From: a virus
Lineage: Duplodnaviria; Caudoviricetes
Length of the DNA stretch: 64,000 nucleotides
Virus record (IMG/VR): IMGVR_UViG_3300042888_001972
Coordinates: 25,272 to 89,271 of that record
Reading direction: 5' to 3' (one strand)
Part shown: positions 1 through 9,654 of the stretch, piece by piece
Numbering within the stretch: the first letter of the stretch is position 1
Layout: each line of letters begins with the position of its first letter
Position numbers and translations under genes: made by a program
The notes under the pieces: generated by a model
What the model was told of the DNA's origin: nothing
Databases searched by the model: none
Seen by the model: only the letters and a program-made list of their open reading frames with translations

Positions 1-3000
1 CTGTTACACGGAAATCGTATAAACCTCGGTCTCTTCTGATTGAATCTAATATAGGGTTAACACTATCTAAGAATTGTTGTCTAACAACTTGGTCGTTTTG
101 TTCAAACAATAATCTTACCGCTACTGCTGATATTAACTTACGAGCTTGAAGTAATAATCTTCTTACATTCAATCTGTTAAGTGCTGTGTCAGCAACTTGT
201 AATGTTTTATTACCCCAAATAACCGTACCAACATCTGAGAAAGTTGCGATAGGGTTAATTCTACCTTGGTATAATGTATCTCTATCTTCTTGAGTCAATT
301 TAACTCTTGCTTTAACTGAGTTTACAAGACCTCTTGTGTAACCCGCTGATGCGAACCATGGGAAAGCAATGTTGTCTGTTAATGCTAAGTTTCTACAAAC
401 TTCACCTGTTGCAGGTAAATAAATTTGTGTATTATTAACAGTATCTCTTGTTAAAATCCAAGGATAGTAAGTTGCAGTATAATTAGAGTCAATTCCAGTA
501 TTATCTAAGTTATCAACCGCCTCTTGAGAATAGATAACATCTTGTGGATTTGTTGAATCCGGTGTGTACATTCTATAATCAGGAGTTGTTGTAATATAAA
601 CAGAATCCGCTCTTTGGAATTGAACCATATCAATTGTTTCTTCAACTAAGTTTGAGTTATTAACATAATCAATACTTGCTGTTGCTAATACATTAATATT
701 AGTAGCTTCAGGATTCGCAAATGTTAATATACCAAGTAAGTAAGCGTAATAGTCAGTGTTTGCAAAATCTTGAGTATTATTTTCAACTACAATACGTTTG
801 AATAAACCTTCACCTGTTGCATTTGGATATCTTGTTGATACCGATGCTCCTGCTAAAAATCCTGATTGACCTAATTGGAATCTATCTTCATTTGTACGAT
901 ATTCTCTATAAATGTCCCATCCATCAAATCCACCAGCAAAACATAAAGTATATTTTCTTGAGTAAATGAAATAGTATGGATTTTCTTGAGTTTCAGGGTC
1001 TGTTCTAAACTCAGCTACACCACATTCAAAAGCAGTTTGACCACTTGTGTCATAACTATTTGAAATTGTTACAACTGTCGCTCCGGAGTCCATGTGAAAA
1101 CCTTTACTTACATAATTCCAAGCAGCGCCTTCAACAGGTGTTATTGAGTTCACCCAAGACGCTGGATTTTGTCTTCCTTTATATGATAAGAATGATTCGT
1201 CAATACCATATTGTGTTGAGAAACCTAAATAAGTTCTTCTAACAATATCACCAGGTGATTCAACTAAATTTGAACTACCTGTTGGGGTTCCAAATGGAGG
1301 GTTAGCGATTGTCTCACCAGGGAAAAAATATTTTGTTTTAAATACAGGGTATGGTGATGGGTTAGTCACTGATTCATATTCTCTTTGAGTATAACCTTCA
1401 AAACCACATGGTATTGCATCAATTGGTGCCTCATCAGCCAACTCAATCATTACATATTTTGATAATAATGCGTATTCACCATTAGTTGAACCTAATTTTT
1501 TAGCAACGAAGTTATTAGAATTAGGGTCCATATTACAATTAGTAAATTTCTCAATAACAATAGGGTTTGAATCCGTGTCAAAGAAATTTCTAACTAAAAC
1601 ATCAAATGTCATATTGTTAAATGATAAATTTGCGATAGACACTTTAACTTCAGTGTTTGCAGTACCCCCATCAGAGATTGAAACAAATTTAAATAATTTA
1701 TAAACTTTATTACCTCTTAATTCTGACACCAAATAAGGTGTACTAGGTGATTGATATCTTTCAACACTATAAGCAATTGAATTTGATTGTTCACTTCTAG
1801 CTTCAGGTAATGCAACTAATTGAGGGTTAATACCTTTAATATAACCTTGATTGAAAGCATATGCCAATGAACTTGGATAAATTTCTTCAACAAATAAAGG
1901 AACCTCATTTCTTGATTTTCCAAAATTATCAACACCTAACACTTTTGTAATAAACTTAGATGAAGTTGCCGATAAATTAGTTTCGAACGTAAAAATGTCT
2001 CCATCTTTTGTTACACCTGATAAACCAAATGATGCAAAAGGATTTTTATCCGTATCCACATATTGTTCGTTTGTTAATAACGTAACATTATTTTCATTAT
2101 TTACTTCATATATTTGTCCATGATTATCACTTGTCGAACTATTAGTATATAATGAAATACCTCTTGAACGAAGTGTTGCTACAACCATATTGTTAAATTC
2201 AGTATAAGCAGTACCAATAAATGTATAGTAATCACCCGAAATTGTTCCTGAGAAAGTTTGTGAGTCACCTGTTCCTGTAACTGATAAAGCACTTATATTA
2301 TAATCAAATGAGTATCCTGTATAAGCATTACCTGTATAATTATTAAAGTTAGCATAAAACCATGAGTCATTTTCAGATGCCGATAAATCGTTAGTTGCTA
2401 AGTTATTCGTATCTGAACCAAATTCATTTACAACTGTTGTGTAATTATTCGTAATATTATAATAATCTGTTTCAGGAATTGCTCCATAAATAAATGCTGT
2501 TGTAGCAGTTAAAGTATTATTATCAACTGCATTATAAATATTTGCAGTAAAATCAGTGTCAAATGTAGATACGCTACCATCAGATAATCTATATTGTGTG
2601 TTTAAGTTAGTCTGAACCGCAGATGGGAATGAACCACTAATAAAATTAACGGTACCCGCACTCGTTGCACCTGTAAAAGATACAGACCAAGCAGTTGCTC
2701 CGGTTGGACTTTGTGTAATTGTTGTTGGGTCAACATTTGCAGTAACTCTAATACTCCAAGATGGACCAGCATCATATCCTGACAATCCTAAGATTCTTGT
2801 CACGAACAACTGATTCGATTGTTGTAAGTAAGATTTAGCTATGTATGCCGCCTCATATTTAGGGATTTGTGTGTTAACAAATTTAGTTGGTTCTGTTCCT
2901 CCGAAAAAGGCTTGGAACTCATCGTAGTTTGTTATGAATACCGGTTCAAATGCAGGACCTCTTAAAGTCTCACCAACTAAACCTAGGGTAGTAACACCCA

Positions 3001-3088
3001 CACTTTGTGCTACGAATGATAAGTCAGTTTCAGAAGTGTATACCCCCGGTGAAACGAAAACTTTTTGATTTGCTTGTGCTGTTGCCAT
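1..3088 (-). CDS. Contractile tail sheath protein (>1029 aa, runs off window edge; absent from ORF track)
   Basis: Manual translation from ATG at 3088: MATAQANQKVFVSPGVYTSETDLSFVAQSVGVTTLGLVGETLRGPAFEP...; near the edge WFASAGYTRG and RLNVRRLLLQARKLISAVAVRLLFEQND, hallmark sheath motifs. Only the ends were translated in detail. Confidence 0.93.
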   Translation of the reverse strand, partial: MATAQANQKVFVSPGVYTSETDLSFVAQSVGVTTLGLVGETLRGPAFEPVFITNYDEFQAFFGGTEPTKFVNTQIPKYEAAYIAKSYLQQSNQLFVTRILGLSGYDAGPSWSIRVTANVDPTTITQSPTGATAWSVSFTGATSAGTVNFISGSFPSAVQTNLNTQYRLSDGSVSTFDTDFTANIYNAVDNNTLTATTAFIYGAIPETDYYNITNNYTTVVNEFGSDTNNLATNDLSASENDSWFYANFNNYTGNAYTGYSFDYNISALSVTGTGDSQTFSGTISGDYYTFIGTAYTEFNNMVVATLRSRGISLYTNSSTSDNHGQIYEVNNENNVTLLTNEQYVDTDKNPFASFGLSGVTKDGDIFTFETNLSATSSKFITKVLGVDNFGKSRNEVPLFVEEIYPSSLAYAFNQGYIKGINPQLVALPEARSEQSNSIAYSVERYQSPSTPYLVSELRGNKVYKLFKFVSISDGGTANTEVKVSIANLSFNNMTFDVLVRNFFDTDSNPIVIEKFTNCNMDPNSNNFVAKKLGSTNGEYALLSKYVMIELADEAPIDAIPCGFEGYTQREYESVTNPSPYPVFKTKYFFPGETIANPPFGTPTGSSNLVESPGDIVRRTYLGFSTQYGIDESFLSYKGRQNPASWVNSITPVEGAAWNYVSKGFHMDSGATVVTISNSYDTSGQTAFECGVAEFRTDPETQENPYYFIYSRKYTLCFAGGFDGWDIYREYRTNEDRFQLGQSGFLAGASVSTRYPNATGEGLFKRIVVENNTQDFANTDYYAYLLGILTFANPEATNINVLATASIDYVNNSNLVEETIDMVQFQRADSVYITTTPDYRMYTPDSTNPQDVIYSQEAVDNLDNTGIDSNYTATYYPWILTRDTVNNTQIYLPATGEVCRNLALTDNIAFPWFASAGYTRGLVNSVKARVKLTQEDRDTLYQGRINPIATFSDVGTVIWGNKTLQVADTALNRLNVRRLLLQARKLISAVAVRLLFEQNDQVVRQQFLDSVNPILDSIRRDRGLYDFRVT

Positions 3089-3208
3089 TATCTAATTATT
3101 CTATTGCAGATTTATTTTATAGATAAATATTCAATAAAATATCAAAAAACTTTACTTTTAGATATGTATTTGTAAAGAGTATGAATTAATTCTACCTTTT
3201 TTCTACCT

Positions 3209-3370
3209 ATGAAACAGACAAAAGAAATCAAGAATATTAAAATTGACCCCGCCGTACACGACATACTGAAAAAGTACTGTGAAAAGCGAGGATTAAAAAT
3301 TTATAAGTTTTTGGAAAAATTAATCGTAGAAACCTGTAAAGAGAAGAAAGATATCTACGGTGAGAATTAA
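3209..3370 (+). CDS. Small ribbon-helix-helix-like DNA-binding protein (53 aa, below ORF-track cutoff)
   Basis: Manual translation MKQTKEIKNIKIDPAVHDILKKYCEKRGLKIYKFLEKLIVETCKEKKDIYGEN*; strand-helix-G-helix pattern of CopG/Arc-type proteins. Confidence 0.7.
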   Translation: MKQTKEIKNIKIDPAVHDILKKYCEKRGLKIYKFLEKLIVETCKEKKDIYGEN

Positions 3371-4404
3371 ACTAATAAGTTTTCAAACTGAATTGTTGAC
3401 TCTAAACTATCATTAGTTTTAATAACATCAATACGTAAAATATCATTAGTGGTTATTTGAATATTTTGAACATCCGTCCCAAAATAATCTCCATTAATAT
3501 AGACATCATATGAATCTACGTTAATCCAATTTGAAAAAGAAAGATTTGCAGTATACGCAACTACATCACTTAAACTATCATTACCTACAATAAATAAATA
3601 ATTCTCTAAAAACTCATTTGGATTTTTTGGGAATTTTTCTCTTTTAGTATTGCCTGTTCCTGTTAATTCCATAAGTTGGGTCACTCTTGCAATTGCAGGC
3701 TTAACCTGAAATTCTTCTTCATCAATCAAATAACCTAACATGGTAAAATCATATGATTGAACATAATACTTCCTTGACTCCAAACTCATTTGAGATTCAT
3801 CGGAAACATTATTCATAATAATTGGAACGTATTGACCCTTGATAAATGTATATGCCTGTCTTGATGAAAACTTCTGCATAATTATTTTATTCAACTGATT
3901 AAGTTCTCTCATTCGATTACAAATTATCTTAACACTATAATTGATATCCACGGGAACCGGTTGAGGTATTGTGTAGATATCCATTCCTTGTTCGTTTCCA
4001 TTCCAAGTTGGAACAGATGCATAATAGAATTGTTTTCTATCCGGGATTGTGTATTGTAATGATGGATTGGTACCAAACTTAACTTCAGGACTTCTAACTA
4101 CCGTGATAAAGGGCGGGGATGGGTTATAATCTAAATCCACAAATAAGGCAGTCTCAACGTATTGAGTCCAGTTTTGAGTTGTGATTATAATATCCACCAT
4201 TGGAACTATTTTCCCTGCGGTGACAACCTCTAAATCAGTTTTAACAAAATCTAACATTCCTCTATCTAAATCGGCGTGTAGTACTGATTTAGGAAGATAT
4301 GTTCCGTCTTTATTAATATATTCCAATAGTTGTTCCCTACGAGCAGACAATGTCTTCTGTGGTACTAATGGTAATGTTGGTATAACTTTCTTTGGTAATG
4401 GCAT
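3367..4404 (-). CDS. Tail terminator/completion protein (T4 gp15-like)
   Basis: 345 aa; PVPVDINYSVKIICNRMRELNQL motif; next to sheath and neck genes. Confidence 0.6.
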   Translation of the reverse strand: MPLPKKVIPTLPLVPQKTLSARREQLLEYINKDGTYLPKSVLHADLDRGMLDFVKTDLEVVTAGKIVPMVDIIITTQNWTQYVETALFVDLDYNPSPPFITVVRSPEVKFGTNPSLQYTIPDRKQFYYASVPTWNGNEQGMDIYTIPQPVPVDINYSVKIICNRMRELNQLNKIIMQKFSSRQAYTFIKGQYVPIIMNNVSDESQMSLESRKYYVQSYDFTMLGYLIDEEEFQVKPAIARVTQLMELTGTGNTKREKFPKNPNEFLENYLFIVGNDSLSDVVAYTANLSFSNWINVDSYDVYINGDYFGTDVQNIQITTNDILRIDVIKTNDSLESTIQFENLLV

Positions 4405-4405
4405 T

Positions 4406-4942
4406 TTATTTCTTAACTACAAATAATTTATTTTGTGAATTTATCATATCAACTTCAGTTGCACTATAAATTGGTTCTCCACTTGATTTATAAACAAATG
4501 AATCATACTTGTATGGATTATAGGTAACAATCATATCTGATGATGGTGTTGGTATGTCATCACAAGGGTATTCACAAAAATCCATTAAATCCCCAATAAC
4601 AAACGCATGGACATTTTTTGATTTTTCCGAACGAACTCTGTCTTTCCCACCTTTTCTAACTCTAAACTCAACATCCCCTAATTTAACATAATCCGCATGC
4701 ATTATGACTTTAGATTTATATGTTACCGAAAAAGTATGTTTGTGAAGGTTATAATAAACCATAACTCTTTTTCCAATATGACTTTCTTCTGAGTTATCGT
4801 GTCCACATTTATGACAAATATAAGGGTCGTCACCACCATCAGCTAAATCCCATGACCAACCACACTCGTCACAAATTACTTTATCTTTTGTGACAATTTC
4901 AAATATTCTTCTTAATTGAGATTCTTTAACTAATACTTTCAT
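4406..4942 (-). CDS. Hypothetical phage protein with CxxC...CxxC zinc ribbon
   Basis: 178 aa; CDECG...CHKCG; N-terminal MKVLVKESQL leader; VYYNLHK domain. Confidence 0.6.
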   Translation of the reverse strand: MKVLVKESQLRRIFEIVTKDKVICDECGWSWDLADGGDDPYICHKCGHDNSEESHIGKRVMVYYNLHKHTFSVTYKSKVIMHADYVKLGDVEFRVRKGGKDRVRSEKSKNVHAFVIGDLMDFCEYPCDDIPTPSSDMIVTYNPYKYDSFVYKSSGEPIYSATEVDMINSQNKLFVVKK

Positions 4943-4944
4943 TA

Positions 4945-5346
4945 TTAATAATGTGTTGATACCGATTTAACCGGTAATTTAAAATTATCTTGAACCCATT
5001 TTTTCATAGGTTCAACCCAATGGTCATCAAACATAGTGTCTAAATGTTCACCATATTTGCCCATAACTTCTAAAATAGGTGCTTGTTTTCTAAACGATTT
5101 AGTTGATGGATTATTTTCATAATAATCCACATCAAAATAATAAAAAACTATGTCAGTATCATCTTCCCCATTCCATTCTCCTTTAAAGAACATTAAAAAG
5201 TTTTCATCATCCTTATCTATATCCTCATAACCATCTTCGTCAGAACCAGTCCCATAGACCCAATCCATTTCACTTGGGTTTAGATAACTATCAATGTACT
5301 GATAGATGGCATTAAATAATTTACTCTCTGTTATTATGTATTCCAT
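4945..5346 (-). CDS. Acidic hypothetical protein, paralog 1 (MEYIITESKL leader)
   Basis: 133 aa; N-terminus and C-terminal F.LPVK shared with the adjacent gene. Confidence 0.7.
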   Translation of the reverse strand: MEYIITESKLFNAIYQYIDSYLNPSEMDWVYGTGSDEDGYEDIDKDDENFLMFFKGEWNGEDDTDIVFYYFDVDYYENNPSTKSFRKQAPILEVMGKYGEHLDTMFDDHWVEPMKKWVQDNFKLPVKSVSTHY

Positions 5347-5735
5347 TAATCAGCTACAATTGTTTTAACGGGTAATTCAAATTTATTTTCAAACCATTTT
5401 TTAAAAGGTCCTTTCCAATATTCACCAAACATTGTTTCTAACGTTCCATAATCATTAACAATTAAAATTGGTGTTTGATTTATAAAAGATTGTCTTGAAG
5501 GTTCATCTGAATAATATTCCTTTACAATATAAATAAATAACATCCCATTTTCATCATAATCACCATCATATTCAGTCTTAAAAAACTCCGTAATATATGG
5601 ATTTTCTTTGTCATCATGTTCATCATCATTCCAAGTTGTTGGATTAAAATAATCAATTTTATCCACATCATATGACCCATCAATATACTGATAGATTGCG
5701 TTAAATAATTTACTCTCTGTTATTATGTATTCCAC
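5346..5735 (-). CDS. Acidic hypothetical protein, paralog 2 (start revised to GTG at 5735)
   Basis: GTG GAA TAC gives the same EYIITESKLFNAIYQYID N-terminus as paralog 1 and lies just after the upstream stop at 5737-5739. Confidence 0.7.
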   Translation of the reverse strand: MEYIITESKLFNAIYQYIDGSYDVDKIDYFNPTTWNDDEHDDKENPYITEFFKTEYDGDYDENGMLFIYIVKEYYSDEPSRQSFINQTPILIVNDYGTLETMFGEYWKGPFKKWFENKFELPVKTIVAD

Positions 5736-5736
5736 A

Positions 5737-6249
5737 TTATATTCCTCTAAATTCGTTTTCACTTACATAAGTGGCAACAACACTTCTATAAAATGGTTTA
5801 TATCCACCATACGTGTGTTTATTATCTGACCTAACATATCCATCATCACTTACTACATAATATCTAACTCGGTCTTCAGTTTCATAATACCCAAGATAAT
5901 CTCCTTGGAATATCTCAACACCCAATTCATCAAGAGTTTTCTGATACAATGAGAATTTCATATTACCCGGTTCTTGTAATTCAACTCGAGAATTACCATA
6001 ATTTTTAGATGTTGGAGCCATTACCTGAACCAAACCTTGTAATTCAACAGGGGCCATGAATTGGATACCATCTTCCGTAACCTCACCATAAACATCATCT
6101 GTTTTGGTTTTATATCTATCGATACGATATAGGATTACCGTGAAGTTCATATCACCCAATAACCACTCCTCACCCATACCGATGTCTAAAGCGTAATCCT
6201 CCGCTCCGAAGAATTTACCTAATCTTGTAATTGGAACTAATTTTTGCAT
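5737..6249 (-). CDS. Neck/head-closure protein (T4 gp14-like)
   Basis: 170 aa; TDDVYGE motif, size and position among head-tail joining genes. Confidence 0.55.
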   Translation of the reverse strand: MQKLVPITRLGKFFGAEDYALDIGMGEEWLLGDMNFTVILYRIDRYKTKTDDVYGEVTEDGIQFMAPVELQGLVQVMAPTSKNYGNSRVELQEPGNMKFSLYQKTLDELGVEIFQGDYLGYYETEDRVRYYVVSDDGYVRSDNKHTYGGYKPFYRSVVATYVSENEFRGI

Positions 6250-6304
6250 ATATTGATAAATACTTCAATATCAACTATATTTAATTCAAATATTTTTTGT
6301 ATAG

Positions 6305-8056
6305 ATGGATGTAAGTCTCGAGTCAAAAGCATTGTCCCTATTGGAAACCTATGAAGGTGGTAATAACTACCTGATTGAGTTAAAACGAAAGTCTCAATTA
6401 AATAGAAAATTTTATCCCACAAGGAGTCAATCAGAATACATTATTAACAATCATGATAAACAACCCAAAGTCGCTAAGAAATGGGTTATTCTTGATGCCT
6501 ACTTTGCACAAAAACTTGCAGATGATAAACTATACACCGAAATACCACAAAAAGTTTGGGTAGAAAAACTATTATCTGATAAAGAAAAGGCATTTCATAT
6601 TTGGGGTAAAGTATTCGAAAACGAGGAATTATATCACTTTTGGTTACCTAAAGCCGCCATCATTAAAGATAATACCGTTAAGGATGTTGTTATTGATTAT
6701 TCAAAATATTCTAATCGTCCCCCTCTTGAACACCAAAAAGAAGCTATCCAAAAATTAGTTGAGAATAAAAAGTTTATCCTTGCCGATGATATGGGTCTTG
6801 GTAAAACCACTTCAACGATTATTGCCGCATTAGAGACCGGAGCAAAGAAAATTTTAATTATTTGTCCGGCGACTCTTAAAATTAACTGGAAACGAGAGAT
6901 TGAAAATTATTCTGACCGACCAATTTTTATTTCAGAAGGAAAACAATTTAGTACAGAAGATGACTTTGTTATTGTCAACTACGACATTATAAAGAATTTT
7001 CACGACCCAAAAAAGAAAGACGATTCTCTCATTTTAATGTCAAAATTTGATTTGATTATTATTGATGAAGCACATTATATTAAAAACGCTCAAGCTCAAC
7101 GAACAAAACTTATCAACGATATAACCAAGAGTGTTGATAGATTATGGTTGTTAACCGGTACACCGATGACTTCCCGTCCAATAGATTATTTTAACTTACT
7201 TAGTTTAATTGATTCACCTGTTGCCAAGAATTGGATGGCGTATGTTATTCGTTATTGTGCCGGTTTTCAATTTAAAGTTGGTCCAAGAAAAATTTGGAAT
7301 GTCCAAGGAGCATCAAACCTTGAAGAATTACGAGATAGAACAGTTGGTCTAACATTAAGAAGATTAAAAGAGAATGTTTTAGATTTACCTGATAAAATTA
7401 TTACACCTGTTTATTTGAGATTAAAATCAAAAATGTATGAGGAAGTAATGGGTGATTATTATAATTGGTATGAAAAAAACCCTGAAGAATCAAAATCACT
7501 AACAGTACAATTCACCAAACTAACTAAAATTAGACAAATTATTGCAGATGAGAAAATTTCTCAAACAATTGAAATTGCTGAAAATATTATTGAACAAGAT
7601 AAAAAAGTAATCATCTTTTGTAATTTTACCGATTCATTAAATAAAATTACTGAACACTTTGGAAAGGCATCGGTTAAACTTGATGGGTCAATGTCCAAAG
7701 TTGAGAGACAGTTTAGTGTTGACCAATTTCAAGAGAATGATAAAATAAAAGTATTTGTTGGGAATATTAAAGCAGCCGGTGTCGGAATTACTTTAACTTC
7801 CGCAGAGGCAGTAATCTTTAATGACTTATCATTCTTACCATCTGACCACGCACAAGCAGAAGACCGAGCATATAGATATGGTCAAAAAAATAATGTATTA
7901 GTTTATTACCCAATTTTTGAAAATACAATCGAGGGAATCATTTACGATATACTCCACAATAAGAAACAAGTTATTGCAACCGTTATGGGTGATAATCAAA
8001 ATACTGCCGACGCAGCTCAAGAAATTTTAAAGAGAATTAATGAAATGCGTCGTTAA
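6305..8056 (+). CDS. SNF2-family (HARP/SMARCAL1-like) helicase/ATPase
   Basis: LADDMGLGKT, DEAH, LLTGTP, QAEDRAYRYGQ motifs. Confidence 0.93.
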   Translation: MDVSLESKALSLLETYEGGNNYLIELKRKSQLNRKFYPTRSQSEYIINNHDKQPKVAKKWVILDAYFAQKLADDKLYTEIPQKVWVEKLLSDKEKAFHIWGKVFENEELYHFWLPKAAIIKDNTVKDVVIDYSKYSNRPPLEHQKEAIQKLVENKKFILADDMGLGKTTSTIIAALETGAKKILIICPATLKINWKREIENYSDRPIFISEGKQFSTEDDFVIVNYDIIKNFHDPKKKDDSLILMSKFDLIIIDEAHYIKNAQAQRTKLINDITKSVDRLWLLTGTPMTSRPIDYFNLLSLIDSPVAKNWMAYVIRYCAGFQFKVGPRKIWNVQGASNLEELRDRTVGLTLRRLKENVLDLPDKIITPVYLRLKSKMYEEVMGDYYNWYEKNPEESKSLTVQFTKLTKIRQIIADEKISQTIEIAENIIEQDKKVIIFCNFTDSLNKITEHFGKASVKLDGSMSKVERQFSVDQFQENDKIKVFVGNIKAAGVGITLTSAEAVIFNDLSFLPSDHAQAEDRAYRYGQKNNVLVYYPIFENTIEGIIYDILHNKKQVIATVMGDNQNTADAAQEILKRINEMRR

Positions 8057-8098
8057 AACAATTTTTGATTATTTATATGTAATGGTTAATCCAAACAT

Positions 8099-9631
8099 AT
8101 GAAAAAAATAGAACAAAAAATTCAACAGTTAGAAACAACAATCCTTGAAAGTCACGTACTTAAGGAAAAAAATCTGTTGATTACAGAAATGAAGAAAATA
8201 GGAATTGAAAAATTACCTTACTCTTATTCAGCCTTGAAACAATTCATCGACCCCGAAACGATGGAATTTCACTACAACAAACATTATAAGGGATACGTGG
8301 ATAAATTAAATGATGCTCTCTCAAAGAAAAAATACGGGGATTTAGAATTAGAACAAATCATAAAAACAATTAGTCGATTTGATAAAACAATTCGTAATAA
8401 TGCCGGTGGGGCTTTTAACCACGCATTATTTTGGAATATGTTGTCACCAACACCCACAAAACTTAAAGGAGAACTTTTAAATAAAATTACCAAACAATAT
8501 GGTAGTTTTCCTAACTTTAAAAAAGAATTTGAAAAAATTGCAAAAGAACGATTTGGTTCGGGTTGGGTATGGTTAGTTTTAACATCAAGAAATACTTTAA
8601 AAATTATGTCTACTCCAAATCAAGATAATCCACTAATGAATGTTATCGAAGGTGGTGGATTCCCGTTGTTAGGATTAGATTTATGGGAACACGCTTACTA
8701 TCTAAAGTATAGGAATAAAAGAGATGAGTACATCTCAAACTTTTGGAAAGTTGTAAATTGGGATTTTGTTTCTAAATTATATGAAATGAAAACTGAAACA
8801 AAACTTTTAGAGTCCACAAAAATAAAACTAATATTGAGTGAGGGTAAATCAGAAATGTGTTCATCAGATGAAAACGAATTTTATAGAAAGTTATTTAACA
8901 CTAACGAAGATGTTAAATGGATTTACATGAAAGGTATCGATAAAATCATGAGAGAAGTTTTTTCTGAGAATTATGTTGAAAATCCTCCTAATAACCAAAT
9001 GTCAGGTGTTTATGATTTAGAAGGAACAGGGAGGTCAATAATTAATAAATTAAATACAAATTATACAACATTCTGTATTTTATTAAATGATTTAAATCAA
9101 GTTATTAATAAATTAACAAAAAACGCACCAATTAATTTTAAAAATAAAAACACAGAAGAACAAAAGAAAGAAGCTTTAAGATTTATTTCCGCAATTAACC
9201 ATTATAAATTTAAAATATTTAATCGAGAGAGTTCAACATTTCAAAACTTGTTAAAGGTCTTAATTGAAAAAGATGCCGCGGGTTCAAAACGTGAAGAAAT
9301 AACAGCTTCAATATTGAGAAGATATTTTGGTAAAGGAGTTAAAGTTGAAATTGTCGGTGAACTTGGAAGTAAAAAAGACGCGATTAGTGGAATTGATTTA
9401 GAAATAACCAAAGATGGTGTGACCAAAACCGCTCAAGTTAAACCCTTCCGAGAGAAAAAAATGACAGATGATGGTATTTTACTCGAAGGGACTGCAAGTG
9501 TAAAGATTTATAAAACCGATTTAATGGTTTTTCAAAAAGGGAAAAATGTTTTAGTTTTTGATAAAAAACCAATAATAGTTAATGGTAATTTCCTTTTTCC
9601 ATTGGACTCATTATTATATGATATACAATAA
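8099..9631 (+). CDS. sodA: Mn/Fe superoxide dismutase fused to a C-terminal PD-(D/E)xK nuclease-like domain
   Basis: LPYSYSAL, HYNKH, NNAGGAFNH, FGSGWVWL, NQD, DLWEHAYY (GG and NQD favour Mn type); C-terminal E...GIDL...AQVKP resembles a restriction-endonuclease core. Confidence 0.85.
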   Translation: MKKIEQKIQQLETTILESHVLKEKNLLITEMKKIGIEKLPYSYSALKQFIDPETMEFHYNKHYKGYVDKLNDALSKKKYGDLELEQIIKTISRFDKTIRNNAGGAFNHALFWNMLSPTPTKLKGELLNKITKQYGSFPNFKKEFEKIAKERFGSGWVWLVLTSRNTLKIMSTPNQDNPLMNVIEGGGFPLLGLDLWEHAYYLKYRNKRDEYISNFWKVVNWDFVSKLYEMKTETKLLESTKIKLILSEGKSEMCSSDENEFYRKLFNTNEDVKWIYMKGIDKIMREVFSENYVENPPNNQMSGVYDLEGTGRSIINKLNTNYTTFCILLNDLNQVINKLTKNAPINFKNKNTEEQKKEALRFISAINHYKFKIFNRESSTFQNLLKVLIEKDAAGSKREEITASILRRYFGKGVKVEIVGELGSKKDAISGIDLEITKDGVTKTAQVKPFREKKMTDDGILLEGTASVKIYKTDLMVFQKGKNVLVFDKKPIIVNGNFLFPLDSLLYDIQ

Positions 9632-9654
9632 CGTTTAACAATATATTTATAGTT

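Noticed and set aside
1045-1242. 65-aa plus-strand ORF
   Set aside because: Antisense within the tail sheath gene
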